Part shown: in pieces, positions 9,959-18,369 of the stretch
How the letters are laid out: each line of letters starts with the position of its first letter
Position numbering within the stretch: position 1 is the stretch's first letter
From: Patescibacteria group bacterium
Lineage (GTDB): Bacteria; Patescibacteriota; Patescibacteriia; UBA1558; GWA2-36-10
Reading direction: 5' to 3'
DNA: 64,000 nt
NCBI GenBank assembly: GCA_041665505.1
Contig: JBAYIR010000005.1
Location: forward strand, 225-64,224
The notes under the pieces: generated by a model
Seen by the model: the letters and a program-made list of their open reading frames with translations, nothing else
What the model was told of the DNA's origin: nothing
Databases searched by the model: none
Program-made: the position numbers and the translations under genes

Positions 9959-10275
9959 TAATTCTAGCAGAATATAATAAAACATTCACTTATTTGGTGG
10001 ATGTTTTTTAGGTAGGTCTTTTCTTATATCTATGCTATAATTTATTTTCAATTTTTAATTAATAAAAATTATAAATAAAATAAATAGTAATGAAGAGTAA
10101 AGATAATTTAATAGTTTTAGGTACAATAATAATTTTTATTTTGGGATTTTCCATAATAATTTTTGATGTCTAGCGTCATTTTAAACGGAATTGACAAATA
10201 AATATAAATAGGCTTAAATAGGACTTGAGGAAGAAGAATTAATCCTCCTTCGCTAAAGCTGGGGAGGATTGGAAG

Positions 10276-11595
10276 GTGATTTTGATGAGCAAAAGCAAAA
10301 GTTTTTTGTTGGCTAGTCTTATTTTTTTATTGAGTAATTTAGTTTATTTGCTTTATTTTGAAAATAAAGGCAATCATAGTTTTAACTATGGTTCTTTTTA
10401 TACTTTTAAAGCTATTGTCAAAAACACAGACAAAAAATTAAATGGCTATAATTTGATAGTAGAGCCGATAGACTTGGCCAATTTTTCTGGTCAGATATTA
10501 GTTTATACGGACTTATATCCAGAATATAGTTATGGTGATATTTTACTTATCAAAGCCAAAGTTTATCAACCAGAGCCCATTGCCGATGAAACTGGAAAAG
10601 TCTTTAGGTATGATAAATATTTAGCTAAGGATGATATTTTTGCTACTTGTTTTCGCCCTCAGATAGAAGTGTCTGATCAACAAAAGGATTGGTTTTTTTA
10701 TGTTTATCGGCTTCGACAACATCTGTGGAATAATTTAGATAGGCATCTGGTCGAGCCAGCTTCGTCACTAGCCAAGGCTATGCTTTTGGGTACTCAGCGT
10801 GAATTTGCTCCAGAGATCAGAGCTATTTTTTCTCAAGTGGGCTTAAGTCATATTATTGCTATTTCTGGTTCACATATGGTGATTGTAGTTTGGCTAATAC
10901 AAATTATTTTTCTTTCTTTTGGTTTTAATCGTAAGTTAATATTTTGGCTTTTACTTATATCTTTATTTTTGTATTTGGCTTTAATTGGGTTTTTACCGCC
11001 AGCTCTTCGATCCAGTCTAATGGTTATAATTAGTTTAGCCGGACCATTTTTGGGGCGTTCAAATTTATCAGTCTGCAGTTTGCTCTTAGTAGCTGATTTG
11101 ATGATTATTTTCAATCCTTACTTACTGATTTATGATTTGGGCTTTCAACTGTCTTTTTTATCAGTTTTGGGGCTTATTTATTATAGCCATTTTTTTACCA
11201 GATTATTTTCTTTTTTGCCTGATGTTTTTAAGATTAGAGAAGTTTTGGCTACGACGATGTCAGCTCAATTTTTTATTGTGCCACTGATTTTGTATCATTT
11301 TGGTATTTTGTCTCTTATTTCACCTTTAGCCAATTTTTTGGTTTTACCTTTAGCTACTATGATTTTAATTTTTAGTTTTCTGCTAGCTATTTTTGGTGCT
11401 TGGTCATTTTTGGCAGTGATATTTTCTTGGCCACTTTATATTTTGTTTAAAATAATGGTAGAGATTAGTGAATTTTTAGCTCGTCTGCCTTGGTCTTATT
11501 TTAATATTGATAATTTTAATGTTTATTATTTATTAATTTCTTATGTATTTTTAATTATTATTACTTTTATTTTAAAACCCCTTGAATATGAATAA
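10276..11595 (+). CDS. comEC: ComEC/Rec2 N-terminal part (DUF4131 + competence channel domain)
   Basis: Polytopic membrane protein carrying the ComEC competence-domain signature QVGLSHIIAISGSHMV. Confidence 0.8.
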   Translation: MILMSKSKSFLLASLIFLLSNLVYLLYFENKGNHSFNYGSFYTFKAIVKNTDKKLNGYNLIVEPIDLANFSGQILVYTDLYPEYSYGDILLIKAKVYQPEPIADETGKVFRYDKYLAKDDIFATCFRPQIEVSDQQKDWFFYVYRLRQHLWNNLDRHLVEPASSLAKAMLLGTQREFAPEIRAIFSQVGLSHIIAISGSHMVIVVWLIQIIFLSFGFNRKLIFWLLLISLFLYLALIGFLPPALRSSLMVIISLAGPFLGRSNLSVCSLLLVADLMIIFNPYLLIYDLGFQLSFLSVLGLIYYSHFFTRLFSFLPDVFKIREVLATTMSAQFFIVPLILYHFGILSLISPLANFLVLPLATMILIFSFLLAIFGAWSFLAVIFSWPLYILFKIMVEISEFLARLPWSYFNIDNFNVYYLLISYVFLIIITFILKPLEYE

Positions 11596-12388
11596 AAATT
11601 ATTATTTTTTATTTATTTTTTTACTTCTACTAATCTTATTTTTTACTTTAAAAAATGATGAAAAATTAGCAGTGTATTTTCTCGACGTCGGTCAAGGCGA
11701 TGCTATTTTAATCAGAACGCCAGAGAATCAAAATATTTTAATAGACGGCGGGCCGGATAATAATTTACTTTATCAAGTAGCCAATCATTTACCTTGGTGG
11801 GAAAGGACTATTGATTATTTAGTTATTACGCATTATCACACAGATCATTATGTCGGTTTTTTGGATTTATTAGATAAATATAAGATAAAAAATATTTTAG
11901 TGACAGCCAATGAGCCAAATGATTTTTTATATTATCAGTGGTTAGAAAAATTAAAAGAAAAAAATCTAAAGCCCAGTGTGGTCAGGGCAGGGGAGAACTT
12001 TGTAGTCAGTCCAGACTTAAATTGGCGAGTGCTTTTGGCGGATAGTCAGCACGAAGATTTAAATGAAAATTCTATAGTTATAAAATTGACTTATAAAGAT
12101 ACAGATTTTTTGTTGATGGGCGATTTGCCAGTGGAAGGTGAGCAAAAATTATTAGCCAGCGATTTTGATCTTGATTCGGAAATACTCAAAGTTGGCCATC
12201 ACGGTAGTAAATATTCATCTTCGGAAGAATTTTTAAAAGCAGTTTCTCCAGAAATTTGTGTGATTCAATCAGGACTAGACAATAAATTTAATCATCCCCA
12301 TGAGGAAGCTATGACAAGATTAGAAAATATCGGCTGTGATATAAGAAATACACAAAATTTAGGGCTAATTAGTTTGTTTTTTGATTAG
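11582..12388 (+). CDS. ComEC-type metallo-beta-lactamase domain protein (separate ORF, own N-terminal TM anchor)
   Basis: LDVGQGDAILIRTP and HYHTDHYVGF (HxHxDH) motifs of the ComEC C-terminal MBL domain. Overlaps the preceding ORF by 14 nt in another frame. Confidence 0.8.
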   Translation: MNMNKNYYFLFIFLLLLILFFTLKNDEKLAVYFLDVGQGDAILIRTPENQNILIDGGPDNNLLYQVANHLPWWERTIDYLVITHYHTDHYVGFLDLLDKYKIKNILVTANEPNDFLYYQWLEKLKEKNLKPSVVRAGENFVVSPDLNWRVLLADSQHEDLNENSIVIKLTYKDTDFLLMGDLPVEGEQKLLASDFDLDSEILKVGHHGSKYSSSEEFLKAVSPEICVIQSGLDNKFNHPHEEAMTRLENIGCDIRNTQNLGLISLFFD

Positions 12389-12506
12389 TATTGTCAAATT
12401 TTTTGGATATTGCTAAAATTAAATAACTTGTGAGCGATGCTTACGAGTGTTGCTCACCTAACGGCGCACCATGTGCGCCAGGCCTCTAGCCGAGGGAGAG
12501 ATTCCT

Positions 12507-12647
12507 ATGAGAATCACCATCCATCCGACGTTGACCGCGCGAAGACGGAAGAACACCGAGCAGGCGACGCAGAAGGCCACGGCGACCAAGAAGGCCGCGA
12601 GGAAGAAGAACGCCAAGAAGGCGACGAGCAGCGAGGCGATCGTCTAG
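12507..12647 (+). CDS. Candidate small basic protein (46 aa) inside island 1
   Basis: SD GGGAGAG 6 nt upstream of ATG 12507 and ~89% GC3. The overlapping acidic frame 12437..12727 has ~50% GC3 and is probably not coding. Terminator hairpin 12676-12696 plus T-run follows. Confidence 0.35.
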   Translation: MRITIHPTLTARRRKNTEQATQKATATKKAARKKNAKKATSSEAIV

Positions 12648-12955
12648 GAGACGACTTCTCCGATGATGACGAGGGGCCCCCGGACACTACGGGGGCTCTA
12701 CTTTTTTTACTGCGATTTATTATTTAGTCTTATTTATAAATATTAGTTTGGATTGACTAGTTTTAGCCTCTTTGCTATCCTAAAATCAGCATTTCTCGCA
12801 TAGCTTGTTAGCTCGGTAAGGAGGAAGTCTCAAACAAAGAGCTCTCGAGTTTTCGGGAAATGTAGCCACAAGGCTTAACCAAGGAGGTTTTAACCGATCA
12901 TCACATGCCACTATGAGAGTGGCATTCACTCCGTCATGCATGGAGGTTTGTGGGC

Positions 12956-13480
12956 ATGAAGCCTATTCTTCGGTGGGCATGCCTCAGCGGTGTGCTGGCC
13001 ATTCTGGCTATCTTGACGCCCTGCCAGGGAGCCACCTGCCAGAATGACGAAGCGGTCATCATGACCGCGCTGAATATCGCCAGTTGCGACGGCACGAGCG
13101 CCATCGCTCTGAGCGAAGTCAAGCTGACGGCTAATCCCGCGGATGGGAACGTCGTCAAGGTCACCATCAACCACCTGATGAGCGGACAGACCGTGGCTAC
13201 TGCCGGTGATGCTATTTGGCTCTACTACGCGCCTTCCTACGACGCCCGGCAGTTCAGCGACGCTTACGCGACTACTGTCGTCCTGGACGCCAACATGATC
13301 GCTTCGCCGGCACTCTTCACCTACACGCACACGGCCCGGGGTGCCCTGATGCCCGGCGACCAGCTGGTGGTTCAGCCCACCTACAATACCTCCAATACCT
13401 CGGCCAGCTCGGCCCGTACGTGGAGCTCTGATGCCACGGGCATTGCCGACATTGACATGGGCGGTCAGCAGGCCGCCTAG
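12956..13480 (+). CDS. Secreted Ala/Thr/Ser-rich protein (high-GC codon usage) inside island 1
   Basis: GGAGG 9 nt upstream of ATG 12956, signal peptide MKPILRWACLSGVLAILAILTPCQGA, TAG stop. The 8-bp inverted repeat ATGCCACT/AGTGGCAT at 12905-12925 lies just upstream. Confidence 0.5.
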   Translation: MKPILRWACLSGVLAILAILTPCQGATCQNDEAVIMTALNIASCDGTSAIALSEVKLTANPADGNVVKVTINHLMSGQTVATAGDAIWLYYAPSYDARQFSDAYATTVVLDANMIASPALFTYTHTARGALMPGDQLVVQPTYNTSNTSASSARTWSSDATGIADIDMGGQQAA

Positions 13481-13595
13481 TTCGATCTCCCGGTTCAGAG
13501 GACATACAGATCTGTGAACACCACACCGCTTTCCAAGCGGCAACAGTTGGTTTGTATCCATCTGTAAAGTCCTTCGGGTCAAGAAATGGCCCATT

Positions 13596-13660
13596 CCCGG
13601 CAAGAAGACACTATCTGGTTTCGGCCAGAGAAGACTTCTTGCCGGGTCTTCTTTTTGTCT
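13596..13660 (+). terminator. Intrinsic terminator closing island 1
   Basis: 12-bp perfect stem CCCGGCAAGAAG / CTTCTTGCCGGG followed by TCTTCTTTTTGTCTTG. Confidence 0.7.
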
Positions 13661-13709
13661 TGATTTTTATATTTATTTGACATATAATATAAGCATAAAT
13701 TATTAATAA

Positions 13710-14102
13710 TTGCGTTTTATGGCAGAAAATAAAACTAAAATTTTGTTAATCGAAGATGAAGAAATGTTGGCCAATATGTATGAGGTCAAATTTAAAAACG
13801 AAGGTTTTGATTTAGAAAAAGCCCTTGATGGTGCCGATGGATTAGTCAAAGCCAAAGCTAATAAACCAGATTTTATATTATTAGATATCATCATGCCTAA
13901 GATGGATGGTTTTTCTGTACTCAAAGCTCTTAAAGAAAATGAATCTACCAAAGATGTGCCAGTAATGCTTTTGACCAATCTTGGTCAAGATGAGGATATT
14001 GAAAGAGGCAAAGAGCTGGGTGCAGTTGGCTATTTAGTCAAAGCCAATGTTACTCCTTCCGAAGTAGTAGATGAGGTTAAGAAAAAATTAGCTAAAAAAT
14101 AA
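13710..14102 (+). CDS. Stand-alone response-regulator receiver domain (CheY-like)
   Basis: LLIEDEE, DFILLDIIMPKMDG and a conserved Lys in LVKANV. 130 aa with no output domain. Confidence 0.85.
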   Translation: MRFMAENKTKILLIEDEEMLANMYEVKFKNEGFDLEKALDGADGLVKAKANKPDFILLDIIMPKMDGFSVLKALKENESTKDVPVMLLTNLGQDEDIERGKELGAVGYLVKANVTPSEVVDEVKKKLAKK

Positions 14103-14123
14103 TTTAAGCCAAAGTAAAATATG

Positions 14124-14165
14124 AACCCCCGCTAGAAATTTACGAAGTTCTACGGGGTTTTCAAA
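14124..14165 (+). terminator. Intrinsic terminator
   Basis: AACCCCCG...CGGGGTT hairpin followed by TTTCAAAAG. Confidence 0.6.
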
Positions 14166-14180
14166 AGTAAAATTATAATT

Positions 14181-14717
14181 ATGAAAAATAATAAAATTTC
14201 TAACGGGGTGAATGATAAATTAGAAAGAAGTCTTGTTTTGTTAAAACCAGATGCTATCAATAGGGGATTAATAGGAGAGATTTTACACCGTTTTGAAAGA
14301 ACTGGTCTGAAGTTGGTTGGATTAAAATTGGTTTGGTCTGATGAAGATACAGCTTTGAAACATTATAGCGAAGATTTGGCCAAACGCCGTGGTCAAAGAG
14401 TTAGAGATATTATGGTGGAGATGATTACTTCTGGACCAATAGTAGCTATTGCCATTGAAGGTGTGGAGGCAGTAGAGATAGTACGTAAAATGGTTGGTGC
14501 TACTGAACCAAAGAGTGCTGCTCCTGGCACTATCAGAGGCGACTATGCCCATCTTTCATTTAAGCACGCTGATGATAATCAGATGGCAGTGTTCAATCTG
14601 ATTCATGCTTCATCTAGTGTTCCAGAAGCTAAAGAAGAAATTTCTTATTGGTTTCATGACTTTGAGCTTTATTCTCATCAGCCAGATTATACCAAGCATA
14701 CTTTATTAGAAAAATAA
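14181..14717 (+). CDS. ndk: Nucleoside diphosphate kinase
   Basis: GTIRGDYA and NLIHASSS motifs. The catalytic His lies in NLIHAS. Confidence 0.9.
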   Translation: MKNNKISNGVNDKLERSLVLLKPDAINRGLIGEILHRFERTGLKLVGLKLVWSDEDTALKHYSEDLAKRRGQRVRDIMVEMITSGPIVAIAIEGVEAVEIVRKMVGATEPKSAAPGTIRGDYAHLSFKHADDNQMAVFNLIHASSSVPEAKEEISYWFHDFELYSHQPDYTKHTLLEK

Positions 14718-14774
14718 TCTCTCGACACTTCGACTGTGCAGAGCACTGGCTAAGCTCGAGATAAAAAAATAAAA

Positions 14775-14800
14775 AGAGCTAAGTTTAGCTCTTTTAACTT
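14775..14800 (+). terminator. Intrinsic terminator after ndk
   Basis: AGAGCTaagtttAGCTCT followed by TTTAACTT. Confidence 0.55.
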
Positions 14801-15149
14801 GATAGTTTGCTAGGCTATTTTTTTAGTGTTATAATCAAGTTGTAGCCTCTTCTTTTACAAAATATGTAACTCTACAACAATGTTACATTGGAACTCTATA
14901 TTAGCTGGGACTTTGGTCTACAGTTTGCGAGTGCCACCCTTTTCAATAGGGGTTATACATATTAAAAAGAATGCTATGTAGTCAATTTTATCAGTAACCA
15001 TATCAAACATGCTGACATGTGACTAGCAAAAAGGTGTTTTATCAGTACTTCACTATACAAACGCCTTTTTGTTTTGTGTATATTTTTTTAAATAATTTAT
15101 ATTAATTTGTGTGAAATAAAAAATCGTCCGAGGCGATTTTTTAGAGCAA

Positions 15150-15180
15150 TCAAAAAACCTGCCTAAGAGCAGGTGGATAA
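15150..15180 (-). terminator. Intrinsic terminator for rpmB (reverse strand)
   Basis: ACCTGCctaagaGCAGGT hairpin, followed on the reverse strand by a T-run. Confidence 0.6.
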
Positions 15181-15183
15181 AAA

Positions 15184-15375
15184 TTATTTTGAAGTTTGGT
15201 TTTTCTTCAATTTATTTAGAGTCTTCAAACAAGAAGTACAAACAATCATTCTAGAACCACCAATTTTTTTTGATTGCAAGTTTATTTTCATAGTTCTTTT
15301 ACTAGCAATATTGGAGTGACTGCGTTGATTGCCAGTTACTTTTCCTCTGTTGCAGATATCACATGCTTTAGCCAT
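15184..15375 (-). CDS. rpmB: 50S ribosomal protein L28
   Basis: 63 aa reading MAKACDICNRGKVTGNQRSHSN... Confidence 0.85.
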   Translation of the reverse strand: MAKACDICNRGKVTGNQRSHSNIASKRTMKINLQSKKIGGSRMIVCTSCLKTLNKLKKNQTSK

Positions 15376-15460
15376 ATATTTTGAATTTCTAATTAATTAA
15401 GCTATAATTATTTATACAACGTAGAATAATTTATCATAAAAGTAACTTTTTGTCAAAGCT

Positions 15461-16090
15461 ATGTTAATATCTTCATTATTTTCAGATCCAACATTATTTT
15501 TAATTACAGTCTTATCTATCATATACGCGCTGACTATTCATGAGTTTTCGCATGCTTTAGTGGCTACTTATTTGGGAGATAACACCGCCAAATACAATGG
15601 GCGCCTTAATCTCAACCCATTATCCCATATGGAGTTTTTTGGTACTTTGATGCTACTTTTTGCTGGTTTTGGTTGGGGGAAACCAGTACCAATTAATCCT
15701 TACAATCTAAGATGGAAAAGATGGGGGAGTGCTTTGGTTGCTTTGGCTGGACCAATATCAAATTTCATTTCCGCCTTTATTTTTGTGACTGTTGTCAATA
15801 TTTTGACCAATTTTATACCAGCTGATAGTTTAGTTTTTGATTTTTTAGTGTATTTAATATTCATCAATTTTATATTAGGGATGTTTAATCTTATTCCCAT
15901 CCCTCCTTTAGATGGTTCTAAAGTACTTTTTGCCGCTTTACCAGCTCGTATGGATGAGTTTAAACGTCAATTTAGCGTTAATGGGCCTTGGATATTATTG
16001 GGTCTTATTTTTCTAGACAATTTTGCTGGGGTAAATATTTTTGGTCGAATCTTTGAATTTTTTATAAATTTGATATATTTATTGTTTTAA
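15461..16090 (+). CDS. Membrane zinc metalloprotease, peptidase M50 (site-2 protease-like) family
   Basis: HEFSHAL (HExxH) motif embedded in a TM helix. Polytopic membrane protein of 209 aa. Confidence 0.6.
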   Translation: MLISSLFSDPTLFLITVLSIIYALTIHEFSHALVATYLGDNTAKYNGRLNLNPLSHMEFFGTLMLLFAGFGWGKPVPINPYNLRWKRWGSALVALAGPISNFISAFIFVTVVNILTNFIPADSLVFDFLVYLIFINFILGMFNLIPIPPLDGSKVLFAALPARMDEFKRQFSVNGPWILLGLIFLDNFAGVNIFGRIFEFFINLIYLLF

Positions 16091-16158
16091 ACCAGCCTAG
16101 CTAGCAGCTAAAAAAGTCAATAAAATAGGGGTTTTTATAGAATATTTGTCATTTACTC

Positions 16159-16186
16159 TTGACAAATTTTTTATTTGTGCTATAGT
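16159..16186 (+). promoter_or_regulatory. Near-consensus sigma70 promoter reading into island 2
   Basis: TTGACA (16159-16164), 16-nt spacer, extended -10 TGcTATAGT (16178-16186). A TGGTGAttTCACCA palindrome sits at the predicted transcription start. Confidence 0.6.
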
Positions 16187-16332
16187 ACACAATCTGGTGA
16201 TTTCACCATCCGTACCATTGACATTACACAGCTTGAAACAGGCTGTAGCATATTCCTCCACTAGGGAGGTATCCGCGCTTCTTGATTTCGGTCAAGAGGC
16301 ATAGTTCATGGCTCAATCATGGAGGTTTTTCC

Positions 16333-16434
16333 ATGCCCAACTGCCGCGGACCCACGCATCGCCGTCTCTCGAGTTTTCACAAGGACAACATCTTCACCAC
16401 CGACCGCGTCGCGGCCGCCAGCCCCCAGGCCTGA
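16333..16434 (+). CDS. Candidate small ORF (33 aa) in island 2
   Basis: GGAGG 8 nt upstream of ATG 16333, ~85% GC3, TGA stop. The overlapping ORF-track frame 16319..16504 has lower GC3. Confidence 0.25.
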   Translation: MPNCRGPTHRRLSSFHKDNIFTTDRVAAASPQA

Positions 16435-16666
16435 CCCGGGCGCCGGCGTCGTGATCGTGCTCCGGGAGAAATCCTGGGGCGTCCATCCACTGTTGGGTAG
16501 ATAAGGAGGCATTCGTCTATGCTTTCCTGGCTTCTGCCCGACGATGACCGTGTTGTCGAAGCCCTCGTCTGGGTCAGACAGCACAGAGTGGACCGCACCG
16601 TAAAGGCCGGTGTATGGACCACGCGTCATCGTTTTCTGACACCTGAACTGACAAGGAGAAACCAAA

Positions 16667-16780
16667 GTGTTCTTCCTCCTACCCGAGTACCGCGGGAAGG
16701 TCGCCGAAGGCGACGACCCTCACGCGGAGCGACGCGGGTTCCGCAGCGTTGTGGACGCTGTATGGGCCCATGATGAGTAG
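16667..16780 (+). CDS. Candidate small ORF (37 aa) in island 2
   Basis: AAGGAGAAACC upstream of GTG 16667, ~75% GC3, TAG stop. A further candidate ATG 16519 is preceded by TAAGGAGG, but its extent is ambiguous. Confidence 0.2.
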   Translation: MFFLLPEYRGKVAEGDDPHAERRGFRSVVDAVWAHDE

Positions 16781-17366
16781 CCTATTGCTGCTCATGAGTT
16801 CAGCCCTGGTTTTTTCCTAGGGAACGTTTGGTGCTTTGCGTCGAGGCCAGACTCGGCCCCTTTCTCTGAGAGGGCGCCGCCGGCGGTACGACGGATTGCT
16901 ACACAGCTAAAGACTTGCGCATCCCTGCGTAGCGCGCGTGCCTACGCTGCACCTGTTTCCTAGCTCGGCCCTCGGGCCCCGATGTCATGCGGACGCTTCC
17001 AGCGCCCGCGCAGACTGGGGCTCGAGGGCCTCTCATCAACACGGCCGCCAGCCGGCCTCCTTCAAGTGTTCCTCGTATTTTTTGATATGAGGTTGTCCCC
17101 GCGGGACATAATTCGCAGGATGCCCGGTGTGGTTCGTGTTGTTCTTCCCCTCGGGGGGCGCCTTCGTTTGCCGACTGCTCAGTAGCAGCCGACAATTCGA
17201 ATGGCGCTTCCCGGGGGCCTATTTTTTTTATTAAAAATTTTTATAAACAGTCCAAATCCTTGACTTTAATATTTTATTATGCTATTTTATTGGGGACTTT
17301 TGTCGCGTAATAATAATTAATTTTACGGACAGAATAGTCGCATTTTTTTATTTTTATTAACAAAAT

Positions 17367-17798
17367 ATGCCAACAGTAAATCAATTATTGAAAAAACCTA
17401 GGAAAAATAAGAAAGCTAAGAGTAGTACTCCAGCTTTACATACTGTTTTAAATAGTTTGAGAAGAAAGAAAAAAGAACTTCCAGAAGGAGCTCCATTTAA
17501 ACGTGGTGTTTGTGTGAAGGTAACTACTAGCACGCCAAAGAAACCAAACTCTGCTTTGCGTAAAATTGCTAGGGTCAGACTTTCCAACGGAATGGAAGTA
17601 ACTGCTTATATTCCCGGAGAAGGACATAATCTACAAGAACACAGTATTGTGCTTATTCGTGGTGGTAGGGTCAAAGATTTACCTGGTGTCCGTTATCATA
17701 TTGTCCGTGGTGTTTATGATACTCAAGGAGTGAACGGTAGAAAACAAGGCCGATCTTTGTATGGTACTAAGAGAGAAAAAGCAGCCAAAAAAAAGTAA
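17367..17798 (+). CDS. rpsL: 30S ribosomal protein S12
   Basis: N-terminus [13 protein letters not shown]..., str operon position, conserved [17 protein letters not shown]-17-TATTTT promoter lies about 17290-17320. Confidence 0.9.
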   Translation: MPTVNQLLKKPRKNKKAKSSTPALHTVLNSLRRKKKELPEGAPFKRGVCVKVTTSTPKKPNSALRKIARVRLSNGMEVTAYIPGEGHNLQEHSIVLIRGGRVKDLPGVRYHIVRGVYDTQGVNGRKQGRSLYGTKREKAAKKK

Positions 17799-17828
17799 AA
17801 TAATATTTCAATAAATTCAATATAAATT

Positions 17829-18293
17829 ATGAGAGGAAACAAAATTCCAAAAAGAGATATTTTACCAGATCCTAAATTTCAAAGGATAGATATTGCCAAA
17901 TTGATTAACAAAGTAATGTCTAACGGTAAAAAAACTACAGCTCAAAAAGTTGTTTATGAGGCTTTGCAATATATTTCTGAAAAAACCAAACAAGATCCTT
18001 TAGAGGTATATGATTCAGCTATTAGAAATGTATCTCCTAGTTTAGAAGTCAAAGGTAAAAGAATTGGTGGAGCCAACTACCAAGTGCCTATTGTGGTGAC
18101 TGGAGAAAGAAAACTTATTTTGGCTTATCGTTGGATTTTGGAAGCTGCTCGTGCTAAAAAAGGAGCTACTATGGCCAAAAGATTGGGTGATGAACTGATA
18201 GCCGCTTCTAATAGTGAAGGCGCTGCTATGAAAAAACGTGAAGATGTCCAACGTATGGCTGAATCAAATAAGGCCTTTGCACATTTCGCTTAA
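17829..18293 (+). CDS. rpsG: 30S ribosomal protein S7
   Basis: 154 aa between rpsL and fusA. Confidence 0.9.
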   Translation: MRGNKIPKRDILPDPKFQRIDIAKLINKVMSNGKKTTAQKVVYEALQYISEKTKQDPLEVYDSAIRNVSPSLEVKGKRIGGANYQVPIVVTGERKLILAYRWILEAARAKKGATMAKRLGDELIAASNSEGAAMKKREDVQRMAESNKAFAHFA

Positions 18294-18369
18294 ATTAACA
18301 ATTATTTAAAATAAAGGCAGACTTTGTCTGCATTTTATTTTTAAAAAATAAATTAAATAAAATAATATT

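Larger units (their letters stand above)
12427..13665. other. GC-rich compositional island 1 (~60% GC in ~33% GC host DNA)
   Basis: Sharp switch in base composition at both edges. Island ORFs are GC3-biased with SD sites and TAG stops, plus GC-rich hairpin terminators. A host-like promoter TTGTCA-17-TAAAAT sits at about 12391-12419 reading into the island. Confidence 0.8.
16195..17225. other. GC-rich compositional island 2
   Basis: ~60-65% GC. Several short GC3-biased ORFs with strong SD sites. Ends with a GC hairpin plus T8 run at about 17200-17230, immediately upstream of the rpsL promoter. Confidence 0.8.

Noticed and set aside
12437-12727. 96-aa acidic ORF in island 1 (ORF track)
   Set aside because: GC3 is only ~50%, versus ~89% for the overlapping 46-aa basic frame. 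It has an implausible E/D/R/G repeat composition and is likely a by-product of high-GC DNA.
12926-13603. 225-aa and 78-aa reverse-strand ORFs and a 71-aa forward ORF overlapping the island 1 secreted-protein gene
   Set aside because: Typical antisense open frames in high-GC sequence (Arg/Gly/Pro-rich, no SD). The forward secreted-protein frame has the signal peptide, the SD and the terminator.
16306-17195. Several 60-120-aa ORFs on both strands of island 2
   Set aside because: Mutually overlapping, Arg/Pro-rich and without SD sites. Only the short SD-preceded GC3-biased frames are reported, and those at low confidence.
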